This document shows positions 1 through 12,686 of a stretch of DNA of 64,000 nt, piece by piece. The notes beneath the pieces are model-generated. The model was not told where the DNA came from. It saw only the letters and a program-made list of their open reading frames with translations, and did no database searches. Position 1 is the stretch's first letter, and each line of letters opens with the position of its first letter. The DNA comes from Macrostomum lignano (Eukaryota): the NCBI GenBank assembly GCA_002269645.1, contig NIVC01003274.1:62001-126000 (forward strand). Reading direction: 5' to 3'. A program made the translations under genes and the position numbers.

Positions 1-964
1 CTGCGGCTCCCAGACTCCGAGCTGCTCAGTTCGACTCGTGGATGGCAGCAGACGAGAGGCTGAGCTGGTGAGCGACTGGCCGGCCTTGCCTGACTGATTT
101 TCCACTTTGAGGCTGAGATCTCATGGCATTCTGCGATTTTCAGCTGTTCTCAAGACCTGGCAGTGATCGGATTCGAGTCACCCATTTTGAGTACCTTATG
201 GAGGAGACGGAAATTCCGCGGACTCTGACCTGCTGGCAGGGGGACCCAGCGGCTCTGCAGATTGAGAGGGAAATCGCTGTGGCATGCAAGTCTGGGGCAG
301 CCAATCTGGGGTTTTGCGAGTTCCCACCCGCAGCTGGCATTCAGGGCCCCGTACAGTTTTGGCCCTGTTTAAACCTCTTTATGTACTTTTATTTGCAGCT
401 TATGGTGGAAGCTTTACTCTGTCGGTCTCTCCGGTGTGGGTCTCCGGCAGGAAGGTTTTCTTAGAAACTGAAGCGCAGCGATTCTTTCCGGAGCCCAGGA
501 TTCAGTGTTCGATCAGGGCGGTGACGGAGCAGCCTTTGAAAGTGGAGAGCCAGGTGAGGACAGGTGCATTGTCTTTGAGTGAGCGATACCGCTGGCAGCA
601 CGAGTTGGTCTACAATCTGACCGCAACGCCACAACCCCAAGTTCCCAGTCACCGCGGCCTATCCTTACACAAAGCACACGTAAAATGCAGATACCCCTCA
701 TTCTGTGTCGTTTAACTTTCAGAACCGGTCTGTAGTGAAGGACAATAAAAGCCGGGTTCTGCTGTCAGTTCGCTCAAGGTTCAGCTTTCACGCATCGCTC
801 TCAATGCACGGAGGTCAAATTCTGTGCTGGGTGAATCTGACTGAGGATGAAAACTTGGTTGCTATGAAGTACAAGTTAATTCACATTGTAACGCAGATTA
901 GCGGTGAGAAATGAGCGAATTAAATTCAGACTTCCGTATCTCAGTATTCTGTGTTACCTCTCCC

Positions 965-1787
965 ATCACCCCTCACCTAGCCACCCCTCACCTAGCCACC
1001 CCTCACTCAGCCACCCCTCACCCAGCCACCCTCATCCAGCCACCCCTCACAAAGCCACCCCTCACCCAGTTACCCCTCACCCAGCCACCCCTCACCCAGC
1101 CACCCCTCACCCAGCAACCCCTCACCCAGCCACCCTCACCCAGCCACCCCTCACCCAGCCACCCCTCACCCAGCCACCCCTCACCCAGCCATCACTTACA
1201 CAGCCACCCCTCACGCAGCCACCCCTCACCCAGCCACCCTCATCCATCCACCCCTTACACAGCCACCCCTCACCCAGGCACCCCTCACACAGCCACCCCT
1301 CACCCTGCCACCCCTCACCCAGCCACCCTCACCCAGCCACCCCTCACCCAGACACCCCTCACCCAGCCACCCCTCACCCAGCCACCCCTCACCCAGCCAC
1401 CCCTCACCCAGCCATCACTTACACAGCCACCCCTCACGCAGCCACCCCTCACCCAGCCACCCTCATCCATCCACCCCTTACACAGCCACCCCTCACCCAC
1501 GCACCCCTCACACAGCCACCCCTCACCCAGCCACCCCTCACCCAGCCACCCCTCACCCAGCCACCCCTCGCCCAGCAACCCCTTACACAGCCACCCCTCA
1601 CCCAGCCACCCCTCACCCAGCCACCCCTCACCCAGCCACCCCTCACCCAGCCACCCCTCACCCAGCCACCCCTCACCCAGCCACCCCTCACCCAGCCACC
1701 CCTCACCCAGCCACCGCTCATCCAGCCACCCCTCACCCAGCCACCCCTCACCCAGCCACCCCTCACCCAGCCACCCCTCACCCAGCC
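965..1787. repeat. 15-bp minisatellite (CCACCCCTCACCCAG)n, ~55 units, intronic
   Basis: Period-15 repeat read directly. A shorter copy sits at ~41820-42005 in the equivalent intron of gene E. The minus strand is G-run rich. Confidence 0.97.
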
Positions 1788-2536
1788 AATCGCACGCACT
1801 GCAGAGCCGTGCCAGACGGCCGTAGACCTGGGCTCGAGTCCGCACTGGGAGGTGGGCCAGACCCGCCACATCGCAGTGACCTCCAGCGCCTGCAGCATCT
1901 GAAATGTGAGCCACAGCTGCCGGCTGCTGCAGGCTGATGGCGCTTCACCCGTGCCGCTCCGCAGAGTTGAAGTACGCTTGCACTGAGACTGGCCAAAGTG
2001 CTCAGAGAAGTGCAGAGCCTCACCTGTCCCAATCTGCACCCTCATTCGCATTGCAGCAGAGCAGCTTCAGCAGCGTTCACCAGCTGCAGGTGAGCAGGTC
2101 GATGGCTCACCAGAACTGGTCGGTTCGCTGTAGCGTCAACCAGTCAGGTGTGGTGTATGATGAGGCTGAGAGTCTGGAGCAGCTGCGACCGCCGATTTTC
2201 TGTGAGTGCCGGACAGTGCATGAAGCGATTCTGTGAACCTTTGTTTGAATGCGATTTCCAATTTCACTGCAGACCCGGAAAGCATTCAGGTAGATGCCAG
2301 CATTGAGAGCTCGCTACTGCACCTGGCTGTGGCTGCCTCTGACGCTCGGCCTCCAGTGTCATCTGTTGTCTGCCAGATCGCAAATTTCACTGTGAGTGCT
2401 TGATGCGAGCCCGAAAGAGGGCCGAATAAGCGCGCATGACAGTAGCGTGCAGATGCATCTCTTTGCTACCATCTTTAATATCTTTTCAATGTTAAAATGC
2501 TGTGATGAAAACGTTGCTTGAATTTTTACGAGGTGC

Positions 2537-3088
2537 TGACTAGAGAACCCAGGTGATTGACTAGAGAACCCAGGTGATTGACTAGAGAACCCTGGTGATT
2601 GACTAGAGAACCCAGGTGATTGACTAGAGAACCCAGGTGATTGTCTAGAGAACCCAGGTGATTGACTAGAGAACCCAGGTGATTGACTAGAGAACCCAGG
2701 TGATTGACTAGAGAACCCAGGTGATTGACTAGAGAACCCTGGTGATTGACTAGAGAACCCAGGTGATTGACTAGAGAACCCAGGTGATTGTCTAGAGAAC
2801 CCAGGTGATTGACTAGAGAACCCAGGTGATTGACTAGAGAACCCAGGTGATTGACTAGAGAACCCAGGTGATTGTCTAGAGAACCCAGGTGATTGACTAG
2901 AGAACCCAGGTGATTGACTAGAGAACCCAGGTGATTGACTAGAGAATCCAGGTGATTGACTAGAGAACCCAGGTGATTGACTAGAGAACCCAGGTGATTG
3001 TCTAGAGAACCCAGGTGATCGACTAGAGAACCCAGGTGATTGACTAGAGAACCCAGGTGATTGACTAGAGAACCCAGGTGATTGACTA
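2537..3088. repeat. 21-bp minisatellite (GGTGATTGACTAGAGAACCCA)n, ~26 units
   Basis: Period 21 read directly; absent from the equivalent intron of gene E. Confidence 0.95.
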
Positions 3089-4574
3089 GCGCCCTTCTTA
3101 CCCAGCCTTATTTAACCTAATACTTTAGACTAGTCTGATTCTAGCAAGACTTGAACCGGCCAGGGAGAATTGCATTGACTTGACGGGAAAGCTGTAGCAT
3201 AGGCCTGTGTCTTATTATTCTAACTTAAAGCCGTAGCTTTCAGATGCGCACTTGCGCCAGACTCGTGTGTTTGAGATGTGCGCTTGCGTCGTGAGCGCCA
3301 ATGTAATCTGTTGTCGGGGCAATGAGTGCAGGATTGAAGCCAGCCCCTGTAGGACAATGAGGAGAAATGTGAATCTTGAGCTCGATGTCAACTTGAGCAC
3401 CGGAATGGAACCAAGCGCTCAGCTGTGGACCAAGCTGACTCATTGGACTAAATTCAAAGTCAAATCTCAATAGCTGTCTTCATCCACAGAGTGTTGAGCT
3501 GACACCGATGCAACACAGCCACACCTGGCAGGCAAACGGCAGCATTACACCACCAGCGTGTGCATCGCTGAATAACGAATCGAATTTTCTCATCAACTGC
3601 ACTGCTCAGCAGGACTTCAATGGCTCAACGATTATTCAAACAAGCGAACAGGTCTCTCGAAACTGCCCCTCAAAGGAAACAGGTAACTCATTTTTCCCGA
3701 CGCTTCATGTAATAACAGCCACTCGCAAATAAAATATCGATAAAATATTAAAACAGAAAAATATTGTGTATTCAATGTCAATTCAAATGTCAATTCAAAA
3801 TGTCAATTCAAAGCTTTATACTTTCCAAAGCTTTTTTCAAAGCTTTTGGAATTTTTCAAACAAGCGAACAGGTCTTTCGTAACTGCCCCCCAAAGGAAAC
3901 AGGTTTTTTTTTACCGACACATAACAGCCAATCGCAAATAAAATGTCGTTAAAATAGTAAAACAGCAAAATATTATGTATTTACCTTTGTCAATTCAAAG
4001 CTCTAGACTTTCCAAAGCTGTAAAATTAAAGTACGATTTCCGACCGAAGAGTAACCTAAATTTCGCTATAAACTGGTATTGAACACAAAATATTAGTAAA
4101 CTGCAGCATTTAAAGAAATTGTCCCTGCATTCAACACAGCGTCTCAATAGCTGGATGCACTTCCAGAGGCCCTCCGTCAGGTCACGTTGTTCTTTATGTC
4201 TTCCGGGTCTTCAAATCGGGATCCTTTGAGAGCTATGGGGGACCTGCCAGAAAACGCAGGGGGCATGTCTGGTGAATAAGCTGATGGCTCAGCTCAAGCT
4301 GATGCGTTGTCGTGATGCAGCGATTGGGCATTGTTGCTCCCGCCGCATCCTCGGCATGAGCCTCTTCTTAAAGTGCTCTTCTTTCGTGATTGATGAGGCC
4401 TCGAGAATACAATTCTCGCTAGCGCTGGGAACCTGGCTAAAGCTCTTTGTTTTACTTTTATTTCAGATGAAGATGGAAGTCTCACTCTATCGGTGTCTCC
4501 GGTGTGGGTCTCGGGCATGAAAGTTGAGTCAACGGGTACGGGTTTCTGCCAGACTCACTTTGCTTAAATGTTAA

Positions 4575-4579
4575 TCTAC

Positions 4580-4653
<74 letters not shown>

Positions 4654-4738
4654 ATCTTAGTTAGTTAGTTAGTTAGTTTGTTAGTTGGTTAGTTAGTTAG
4701 TTTGTTTCTTTGTTTGTTTGTTAGTTAGTTTGTTAGTC

Positions 4739-4779
<41 letters not shown>

Positions 4780-4965
4780 GTTTGTTTGTTTGTTTGTTTG
4801 TTTGTCAGTCAGTCAATCACCCACTCAAGTCAGTCAGTCAGTCACCCACTCAAGTCAGTCAGTCAGTCACCCACTCAAGTCAGTCTGTCAGTCACCCACT
4901 CAAGTCAGTCAGTCAGTCACCCACTCAAGTCAGTCAGTCAGTCACCCACTCAAGTCAGTCAGTCA

Positions 4966-5005
<40 letters not shown>

Positions 5006-5130
5006 CCCACTCACTCAAGTCAGTCAGTCAGTCAGTCACCCACTCAAGTCAGTCTGTCAGTCACCCACTCAAGTCAGTCAGTCAGTCACCCACTCAAGTC
5101 AGTCAGTCAGTCACCCACTCAAGTCAGTCA

Positions 5131-5170
<40 letters not shown>

Positions 5171-5215
5171 CCCACTCACTCAAGTCAGTCAGTCAGTCAG
5201 TCAGTCAGTCAGTCA

Positions 5216-5255
<40 letters not shown>

Positions 5256-5522
5256 CCCACTCACTCAAGTCAGTCAGTCAGTCAGTCAGTCAGTCAGTCA
5301 GTCAGTCAGTCAGTCGTCAGTCAGTCAGTCACCCACTCACTCAAGTCAGTCAGTCAGTCAGTCAGTCAGTCACCCACTCACTCAAGTCAGTCAGTCAGTC
5401 AGTCAGTCAGTCAGTCAGTCAGTCAGTCAGTCAGTCAGTCAGTCAGTCAGTCAGTCAGTCAGTCAGTCAGTCAGTCAGTCAGTCAGTCAGTCAGTCAGTC
5501 AGTCAGTCAGTCAGTCAGTCAG
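4575..5522. repeat. Compound microsatellite (CTAT)n-(TTAG)n-(TTTG)n-(CAGT)n with interspersed CACCCACTCAAGT units
   Basis: Direct reading; ends just before the acceptor of the last exon. Gene E has a short (CAGT)n at ~43215-43299 in the same position. Confidence 0.95.
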
Positions 5523-6240
5523 CTGTTCACCTTGCAGAGAGTGTCCCGGTCCCTATTAGCCGCAGTGGCTGCTCAGCGTAGAGGCGGCGGCGCACTTCGG
5601 ATGCAGCCGCTGGCAGCCGCGGCCTCCGCGGGCGCCGGCAGCAGCGCGTACGACTACCCGTCCACGAATGCGACAGCTCAGGGTAGCAGGAGCCACAGCG
5701 AGGCCGGAGAGTCCAACAACATACCCAGTGTCTACCTGGTGCTGACTCCGTCGAGGAGGTCTCAGCAGCAGCAGCAGCTGGTCAGCAGCTTTGAGCCGAG
5801 GCAGCAGAGCTGAGAGATGGCTATCTTTTAAATCGTTTCCAACTCAAAAACTACAGTCTAAAAAATCTCTACTTGTCAATTTTATAGTTCGACGGGTTAT
5901 CAGAGGTTGTAGCCGGCGAACGGGGACAAAATTATTTTTATGAGTCTTTAGTGAAATCGAGTACTTTTCTGCTTCTTTAAAATGATTATTTATAAAAAGT
6001 AAATACAATAAAATAAATTATTGCAGAACATTGTCTTTCCTGACAAATAGAGAAGAAAATAAAAGTCGATCAAGAAAGGAGACAGATTCTATCGCAAAAT
6101 CAAAGGTGCACAAACTCCAAATTCGGGACTGAAAGCTTATTTAATAATTTCAGCTGAAGGTGCGCGTTGAACATTTCGTCTGTTACCCTCTGTCAGTAGC
6201 AGGCAGCCCTGATTATGCCAGTGTGGTTTTCGTCTATGAT

Positions 6241-6996
6241 TGTGACGTGGTCAGTTTAAGGTGATCCCGAAAAGGGCCGCTGGACTATATTTTCCCTTGT
6301 AATTTCTCATATTAATTTCTCCAATAGTTTATTTTAACGTTTACTTATAGTAGAGCCCAACGATTTTGTGGCAATTTCTAATTCACTGTATATTTTGCTA
6401 TCCTCTCTTGCGACCGTATAAAATTGGCACGATCGATAATTTTAAGTTCTCTCGCCAGCCAATGAAAACCACTCGTGCTTCGCGCTACCCCCCTCTGCGC
6501 TCCTTTATTAAACCCCCCGCCTGGCGGCGGCACTCCTCACCGCCCGTCCTTATCTGTGCTTCTCTCTTCCTCCCGGCCTGTCCTCGGCCTTGTTTTCCTT
6601 CTCTCTGTCTGGACCAGCCTGTTTGCACTGCCTGCCACTGTCTGCCACGGCTAACGCCAATCTCACCACTACGCATCTGCCACTGTTGTGCTCATCGCCG
6701 TTACTCACCACGTTGCATCGTCTTGCATCACTCGCCTACCACTCAACTACAATCTCTAACTCACCTTCAATTCAAAACCATTGTTGCAGCCGCCAGTGCC
6801 CCAAAAGCGCAATAAGTTCTATATTGATATTAACCGCATCGAATATTGATCTCAACAATAATAACCAACTACGGCCAGTTTCCGGCCTTGTATGCCAAGT
6901 GCTCCGCTACACAAATCCGCTATCAAGACTTGACTCGATTCATTTGGGACTAAAACGGCCCTTTTAAGGGTCACGGACAACATCAATAACGTGACA
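6241..6996. mobile_element. Solo LTR of an LTR retrotransposon (756 bp)
   Basis: Termini TGTGACGT...ACGTGACA (TG..CA, 7/8 inverted match) with 5-bp TSD ATGAT at 6236-6240 and 6997-7001. The paralogous empty site at ~44041-44070 reads CGTCTATGATGACAGCAG. Confidence 0.85.
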
Positions 6997-7419
6997 ATGA
7001 TGACAGCAGAAACTTCAATAGTTTTCGTTCGGTAGCGGCAGTTGTGTCCTTTTTTGTTTTTTTGTTTGTCTGGTTCAGTAACGCAGTGCAGAATTATACA
7101 TGCGAATGTTTTACATGAGCAGTGCGACAACAAGCCTCAATGTGTCTCAATATTTTGAGTTCTCGGAGAACACGGTGCTTCCAATAAGCCTCGACTAGAA
7201 TTCATTTGTCTGGATTTCGGCTTGGAACAGACCAGCCTGTATCTGCACTGAAAATCTGTGCAGTTTTAATGAGCCGGCGTTAAGAGTACGACATGAATTA
7301 TGAATATTTTGATGAAACACAAGATTAATGTTTGAGATGTTTAGAGTTAGTTTTGCATGTGGTTTCAGTGTTTTTTTGTTAGAATTATACTCGTACCATA
7401 TTTTTATTAAAGGCTGGGG

Positions 7420-7706
7420 CTGTGGCGAACTTTAAGCGACATTGTCACACAACCGGAGAGAGGCATACAAGCGCGCGGATACGTACACAGATATACGCAC
7501 AGGCACACACACACACAATTTTATTTATGGTAAGGCATGTACACTTCCCTGTGCCTTGGGTGTTGGCCCTCAAGGCAATTAATTGCACCAGCAGAGCTAA
7601 GCCGAGATTTCAATTTAACCCCAAATTAATGTGACTGCACTTGGAATCGAGCCTGGGCCGTTGGCACATCAAAAGCGCCGCGCTAAACCACTAGGCGACA
7701 GACCCC
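7420..7706 (-). mobile_element. tRNA-derived SINE, family 1 (internally deleted copy)
   Basis: Minus strand begins GGGTCTGTCGCCTAGTGG (A-box-like) ... GGCTCGATTCC (B-box-like). Body is homologous to the copies at ~23881, ~50100 and ~61656. Confidence 0.75.
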
Positions 7707-8449
7707 CCTTCATTTATATGTATTCTACAGATCTTTACCTTTTGTGTTTGTCAAGTTAATCTTATCAGAAATATTAAACTGTCGAGTCTTAAAATACCGC
7801 TGACTTGTTTTCCAGTATGAAAAAACAGATAAGGCTGTAAAGGATTTTTTAGTTACATAAACACACATTGCACACCGTTTCATGAAGAAAGTGAATTCCC
7901 AATGCACGAATTTGTGCATAAAATACGGACTGCTCATAACATGGTCAGGTGATTTGAAACGCAAGTCTCGAGGTCAATAAAAATCCATTAAAAGTCCATA
8001 ACGGAGGTCGGAGGAGCTGAGAAGTCGATAATATAGCATAAATATATAATGCATATTTATTTACTGGTTCATCATCAAGTCCAGCAGCCATTTTGGTAAG
8101 TTGATAAGAACTATAAGTATGAAGGATTTGACTATCTTGAGTAATCTAAAACGATCAAAATGCCTGATTAGCCTCTTTTATTCTCTGATTTCGCATGTGT
8201 CAGCCAATATGTCTGCTGTCTTTCGCCACTCATTTAGAACTGATTGATGAATGATGCTCTCAGTTGAGTGCATTTTGGTCCAGTTTGCGTCTGGTTCAGT
8301 GGTTCAGTATTATTTTATTGTTTCTGCTTGATTTATTAATCACTGATCGTTGCGAACGCATTTATGCTTGGATTTTTTCACTGTTTTGTTCTTATTTATA
8401 GCGTATTGACTGTTGTGCTGTCCATATTGCATAAAAGCGTTAATAATTG

Positions 8450-8698
8450 TTTTTTTTGAGATTTGCGATTTGAAATTTGAGATATGAGATTGAGATTTAA
8501 GATTGAGATTTGAGATTTGAGATTGAGATTTAAGATTGAGATTGGAGATTGATATTGAGATTTGAAAATTGAGATTGAAATTTGAGATTTATAATTTGAT
8601 ACATGAGATTAAAATTTGAGATTGAGATTTGAGATTGAGATTTGAGATTGAGATTTGAGATTTGAGATTGAGATTGAAACTTTAGATTTTAGATTGAG
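8450..8698. repeat. Degenerate (GAGATT)n simple repeat, resumed at 13170-13542
   Basis: Direct reading; the repeat is split by the 8699-13169 insertion. The paralog at ~51270-51302 has only a short uninterrupted tract. Confidence 0.85.
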
Positions 8699-8856
8699 AC
8701 TAGCAATCTTCGCCCCCCGATGGGGGACATCTGGATAGAATCTCTGTTCTCTACAATTAACAAAAAGACAGCCAAAAAATCCTTCACAAAGACAACAGAC
8801 AAACTGCTCAAATGAAGTGAATTGCAATAAGAAATCTTCCCAAGACCACAAGCATC

Positions 8857-9260
8857 CCCCAGATAGCAAGCATCCTCCAGATAGCAAGCATTCTCCCAGA
8901 TAGCAAGCATTTCCCAGATAGCAAGCATCCCCAAGATAGCAAGCATCCTCCAGATAGCAAGCATCCCCCAGATAGCAAGCATCCCCCAGATAGCAAACAT
9001 CCCCCAGATAGCAAGCATTCCCCAGATAGCAAGCATTCCGCAGATAGCAAGCATCCCCCAGATAGCAAGCATCCCCAAGATAGCAAGCATCCCTCAGATA
9101 GCAAGCATACCCCAAGATAGCAAGCATCCCCCAGATAGCAAGCATTCCCCAGATAGCAAGCATTCCCCAGATAGCAAGCATCCCCCAGAAAGCAAGCATC
9201 CTCCAAATAGCAAGCATCCCCAAGATAGATAGCATCCCCAAATAGCAACCATCCACCAGA
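8857..9260. repeat. 18-bp minisatellite (CAGATAGCAAGCATCCCC)n, ~22 units
   Basis: Period 18 read directly. Confidence 0.93.
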
Positions 9261-9357
9261 CAATAAGTAGCTAGAGCGACAATTTCCTTAGCTTTATAGT
9301 GGCTCCTTTAAATTGGCATGGCGCTTTATACCTTTACATTTGAAATTGGATATCTTG

Positions 9358-12300
9358 AATGTTTGACATGGTGGCTATTTTATGTTTGACATAGTGGCTC
9401 TTCTATGTTTGACATGGTGGCTCTTTTATGTTTGACATAGTGGCTCTTTTATGTTCGACATGGTGGCTCTTCTATGTTTGACATGGTGGCTTTTTTAGGT
9501 TTGACATGGTGGCTCTTTTATGTTTGACATGTTGACTTTTTTATGTTCGACACGGTGGCTTTTTAATGTTCGACATGGTGGCTCTTTTAGGTTTGAACCG
9601 GTGGCTCTTTAATGTTTGACATGGTGGCTCTTTAATGTTCGACATGGTGGCTCTTTTATGTTCGACATGGTGGCTCTTTAATGTTTGACATGGTGGCCCT
9701 TTAATGGTTAACATGGCGGCTCTTTAATTTTCGAAATGGTGGCTCCTTAATTTTCGAAATGGTGGCTGTTTTATGTTTGACATGGTGGCTCTTTAATGTT
9801 CGACATGGTGGCTCTTTAATGTTTGACATGGTGGCCCTTTAATGGTTAACATGGCGGCTCTTTAATTTTCGAAATGGTGGCTCCTTAATTTTCGAAATGG
9901 TGGCTGTTTTATGTTTGACATGGTGGCTCTTTAATGTTCGACATGGTGGCTCTTTAATGTTTGACATGGTGTCTGTTTTATGTTTGATATGGTGGCTCTT
10001 TAATGTTCGACATGGTGGCTCTTTAATGTTTGACATGGTAACTCTTTTATGTTTGATATGGTGGCTCTTTAATGTTCGACATGGTGGCTCTTTAATGTTC
10101 GACATGGTGGCTCTTTAATGTTCGACATGGTGGCTCTTTAATTTTTAACATGGTGACTCTTTTATGTTCGACATGGTGGCTCTTTTATGTTTGACATAGT
10201 GGCTCTTCTATGTTTGACATGGTGGCTCTTTAATGTTTGACATGGTGGCTCTATTATGTTTGACATGGTGGCTCTTCTATGTTTGACATGGTGGCTTTTT
10301 TAGGTTTGACATGGTGGCTCTTTTATGTTTGACATGTTGGCTTTTTAATGTTCGACATGGTGGCTTTTTAATGTTCGACATGGTGGCTCCTTTAGGTTTG
10401 AAATGGTGGCTCTTTAATATTTGACAAGGTGGCTCTTTAATGTTTGACATGGTGGCTCTTTTAGGTTTGAACCGGTGGCTCTTTAATGTTTGACATGGTG
10501 TCTGTTTTATGTTTGACATGGTGGCTCTTTAATGTTCGACATGGTGGCTCTTTAATGTTCGACATGGTGGCTCTTTATTTTTAACATGGTGACTCTTTTA
10601 TGTTCGACATGGTGGCTCCTTAAGGTTTGAAATATTGGCTCTTTAATGTTTAACATGGTGGCTTTTCTATGTTCGACATGGTGGCTTTTCTATGTTCGAC
10701 ATGGTGGCTCTTGTATGTTCGACATGGTGGCTCTTTTAATGGTCGACATGGTGGCTCTTTAATGTTCTTCATGTTGGCTCTTTTATGTTTGACATGGTGG
10801 CTTTTTTATGTTTGACATGGTGGCTCTTTTATGTTCTACATAGCTGCTCTTTTATGTTCGACATTGTGGCTCTTGTATGTTCGACAGGGTCGCTCTTTTA
10901 GGTTTGAAATGGTGGCTCTTTAATATTTGACAAGGTGGCCCTTTAATGTTTAACATGGCGGCTCTTAAATTTTCGAAATGGTGGCTGTTTTATATTTGAC
11001 ATGGTGGCTCTTTAATGTTCGACATGGTAGCTCTTTAATGTTCTTAATGGTGTCTGTTTTATGTTTGACATGGTTGCTCTTTTATGTTCGACATGGTGGC
11101 TCTTTAATTTTTAACATGGTAACTCTTTTGTTTGATATGGTGGCTCTTTTATGTTCGACATGGTGGCTCTTGTATGTTCGACATGGTGGCTTCTTTAGGT
11201 TTGAAATGGTGGCTCTTTAATATTTGACAAGGTGGCTCTTTAATGTTCGACATGGTGGCTCTTTTAGGTTTGAAATGGTGGGTCTTTAATGCTTGACAAT
11301 GTGGCTCTTTAATGTTTGACATGGTGGCTCTTTAATGTTCGACATGGTGGCTCTTTAATGTTTGACATGGTAACTCTTTTATGTTTGATATGGTGGCTCT
11401 TTTATGTTCGACATGGTGGCTCTTTAATGTTAGACATGGTGGCTCTTTAATGTTTGACATGGTAACTCTTTTATGTTTGATATGGTGGCTCTTTTATGTT
11501 CGACATGGTGGCTCTTGTATGTTCGACATGGTGGCTTCTTTAGGTTTGAAATGGTGGCTCTTTAATATTTGACAAGGTGGCCCTTTAATGTTTAACATAG
11601 CGGCTCTTAAATTTTCGAAATGGTGGCTCCTTAATTTTCGAAATGGTGGCTGTTTTAGGTTTGACATGGTGGCTCTTTAATGTTCTTAATGGTGTCTGTT
11701 TTATGTTTGACATGGTGGCTCTTTAATTTTTAACATGGTGGCTCTTTTAGGTTTGAAACGGTGGCTCTTTAATGTTTGACATGGTGGCTTTTCTATGTTC
11801 GACATGGTGGCTCTTGTATGTTCGACATGGTGGCTTCTTTAGGTTTGAAATGGTGGCTCTTTAATATTTGACAAGGTGGCTCTTTAATGTTCGACATGGT
11901 GGCTCTTTAATGTTTGACATGGTGGCTCTTTTAGGTTTGAAATGGTGGGTCTTTAATGCTTGACAATGTGGCTCTTTAATGTTTGACATGGTGGCTCTTT
12001 AATGTTCGACATGGTGGCTCTTTAATGTTTGACATGGTAACTCTTTTATGTTTAATATGGTGGCTCTTTTATGTTCGACATGGTGGCTCTTTAATGTTTG
12101 ACATGGTGGCTATTGAATGTTTGACATGGTAACTATTTTAGGTTTGAAATGGTGGGTCTTTAATGCTTGACAATGTGGCTCTTTAATGTTTGACATGGTG
12201 GCTATTGAATGTTCGACATGGTTGCTCTTTAATGTTCGACATGGTGGCTCTTTAATGTTTGACATGGTAACTCTTTTATGTTTGATATGGTGGCTCTTTT

Positions 12301-12550
12301 ATGTTCGACATGGTGGCTCTTTAATTTTCGACATGGTGGCTCCTTTAGGTTTGAAATGGTGGCTCTTTAATGTTTGACATGGTGGCTCTTCTATGTTCGA
12401 CATGGTGGCTCTTTAATGTTCGACATGGTGGCTCTTTAATTTTTAACATGGTAACTCTTTTATGTTCGATATGGTGGCTCTTTTATGTTCGACATGGTGG
12501 TTCTTTAATGTTCGACATGGTGGCTCCTTTAGGTTTGACATGGTGGCTCT
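9358..12550. repeat. ~23-bp satellite (ATGGTGGCTCTTTAATGTTYGAC)n, ~140 units, with higher-order structure
   Basis: Period 22-24 read directly; multi-unit variant blocks recur (e.g. at ~9694 and ~9832). Confidence 0.95.
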
Positions 12551-12619
12551 TCTATTGCGCTTTTTTTATGTTTAGCAGTTTTTTTGTTTTTAAGGTGTTT
12601 TAATAAAAAAATTATTTTG

Positions 12620-12686
12620 CGCTTCTAAGATTCGAACCCAGGTCGCTACATTAGCATTCCAGTCTGTTCGCATCAGGGCTATCTCT
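12620..12686 (-). other. tRNA-like / SINE-head fragment inside the Helitron-like element
   Basis: Minus strand contains GGGTTCGAATCT (B-box-like) about 40 nt downstream of TAGCCCTGATGCG. No clean cloverleaf, so not called a tRNA gene. Confidence 0.4.

Larger units (their letters stand above)
1..5813 (+). pseudogene. Family-1 receptor copy A (5' part lies outside the window): Ig-domain membrane-protein paralog of gene E with a premature stop and no recognisable TM exon
   Basis: Inferred exons: <1-67, 144-285 (GC donor), 399-553, 723-903, 1805-1971, 2057-2201, 2273-2391, 3490-3682, 5538-5813. Splice phases are consistent and the exons align to gene E. In-frame TGA at 1900-1902 where E has TGG (CSI*NV vs CSIWNV). 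The last exon encodes SAYDYP and SVYLVL. Confidence 0.75.

Noticed and set aside
904-2051. Long Pro/His/Thr-rich ORFs (HPSPS/TQPPL/GEGWL repeats) resembling extensin or collagen
   Set aside because: They are translations of an intronic 15-bp minisatellite, open in several frames on both strands; only the 1805-1971 part is exon.
8609-12603. ORFs with GMLAIW/GDACYL and MFDMVAL/WWLFNVRHGGS repeats
   Set aside because: Products of the 18-bp and 23-bp satellites; no coding evidence.
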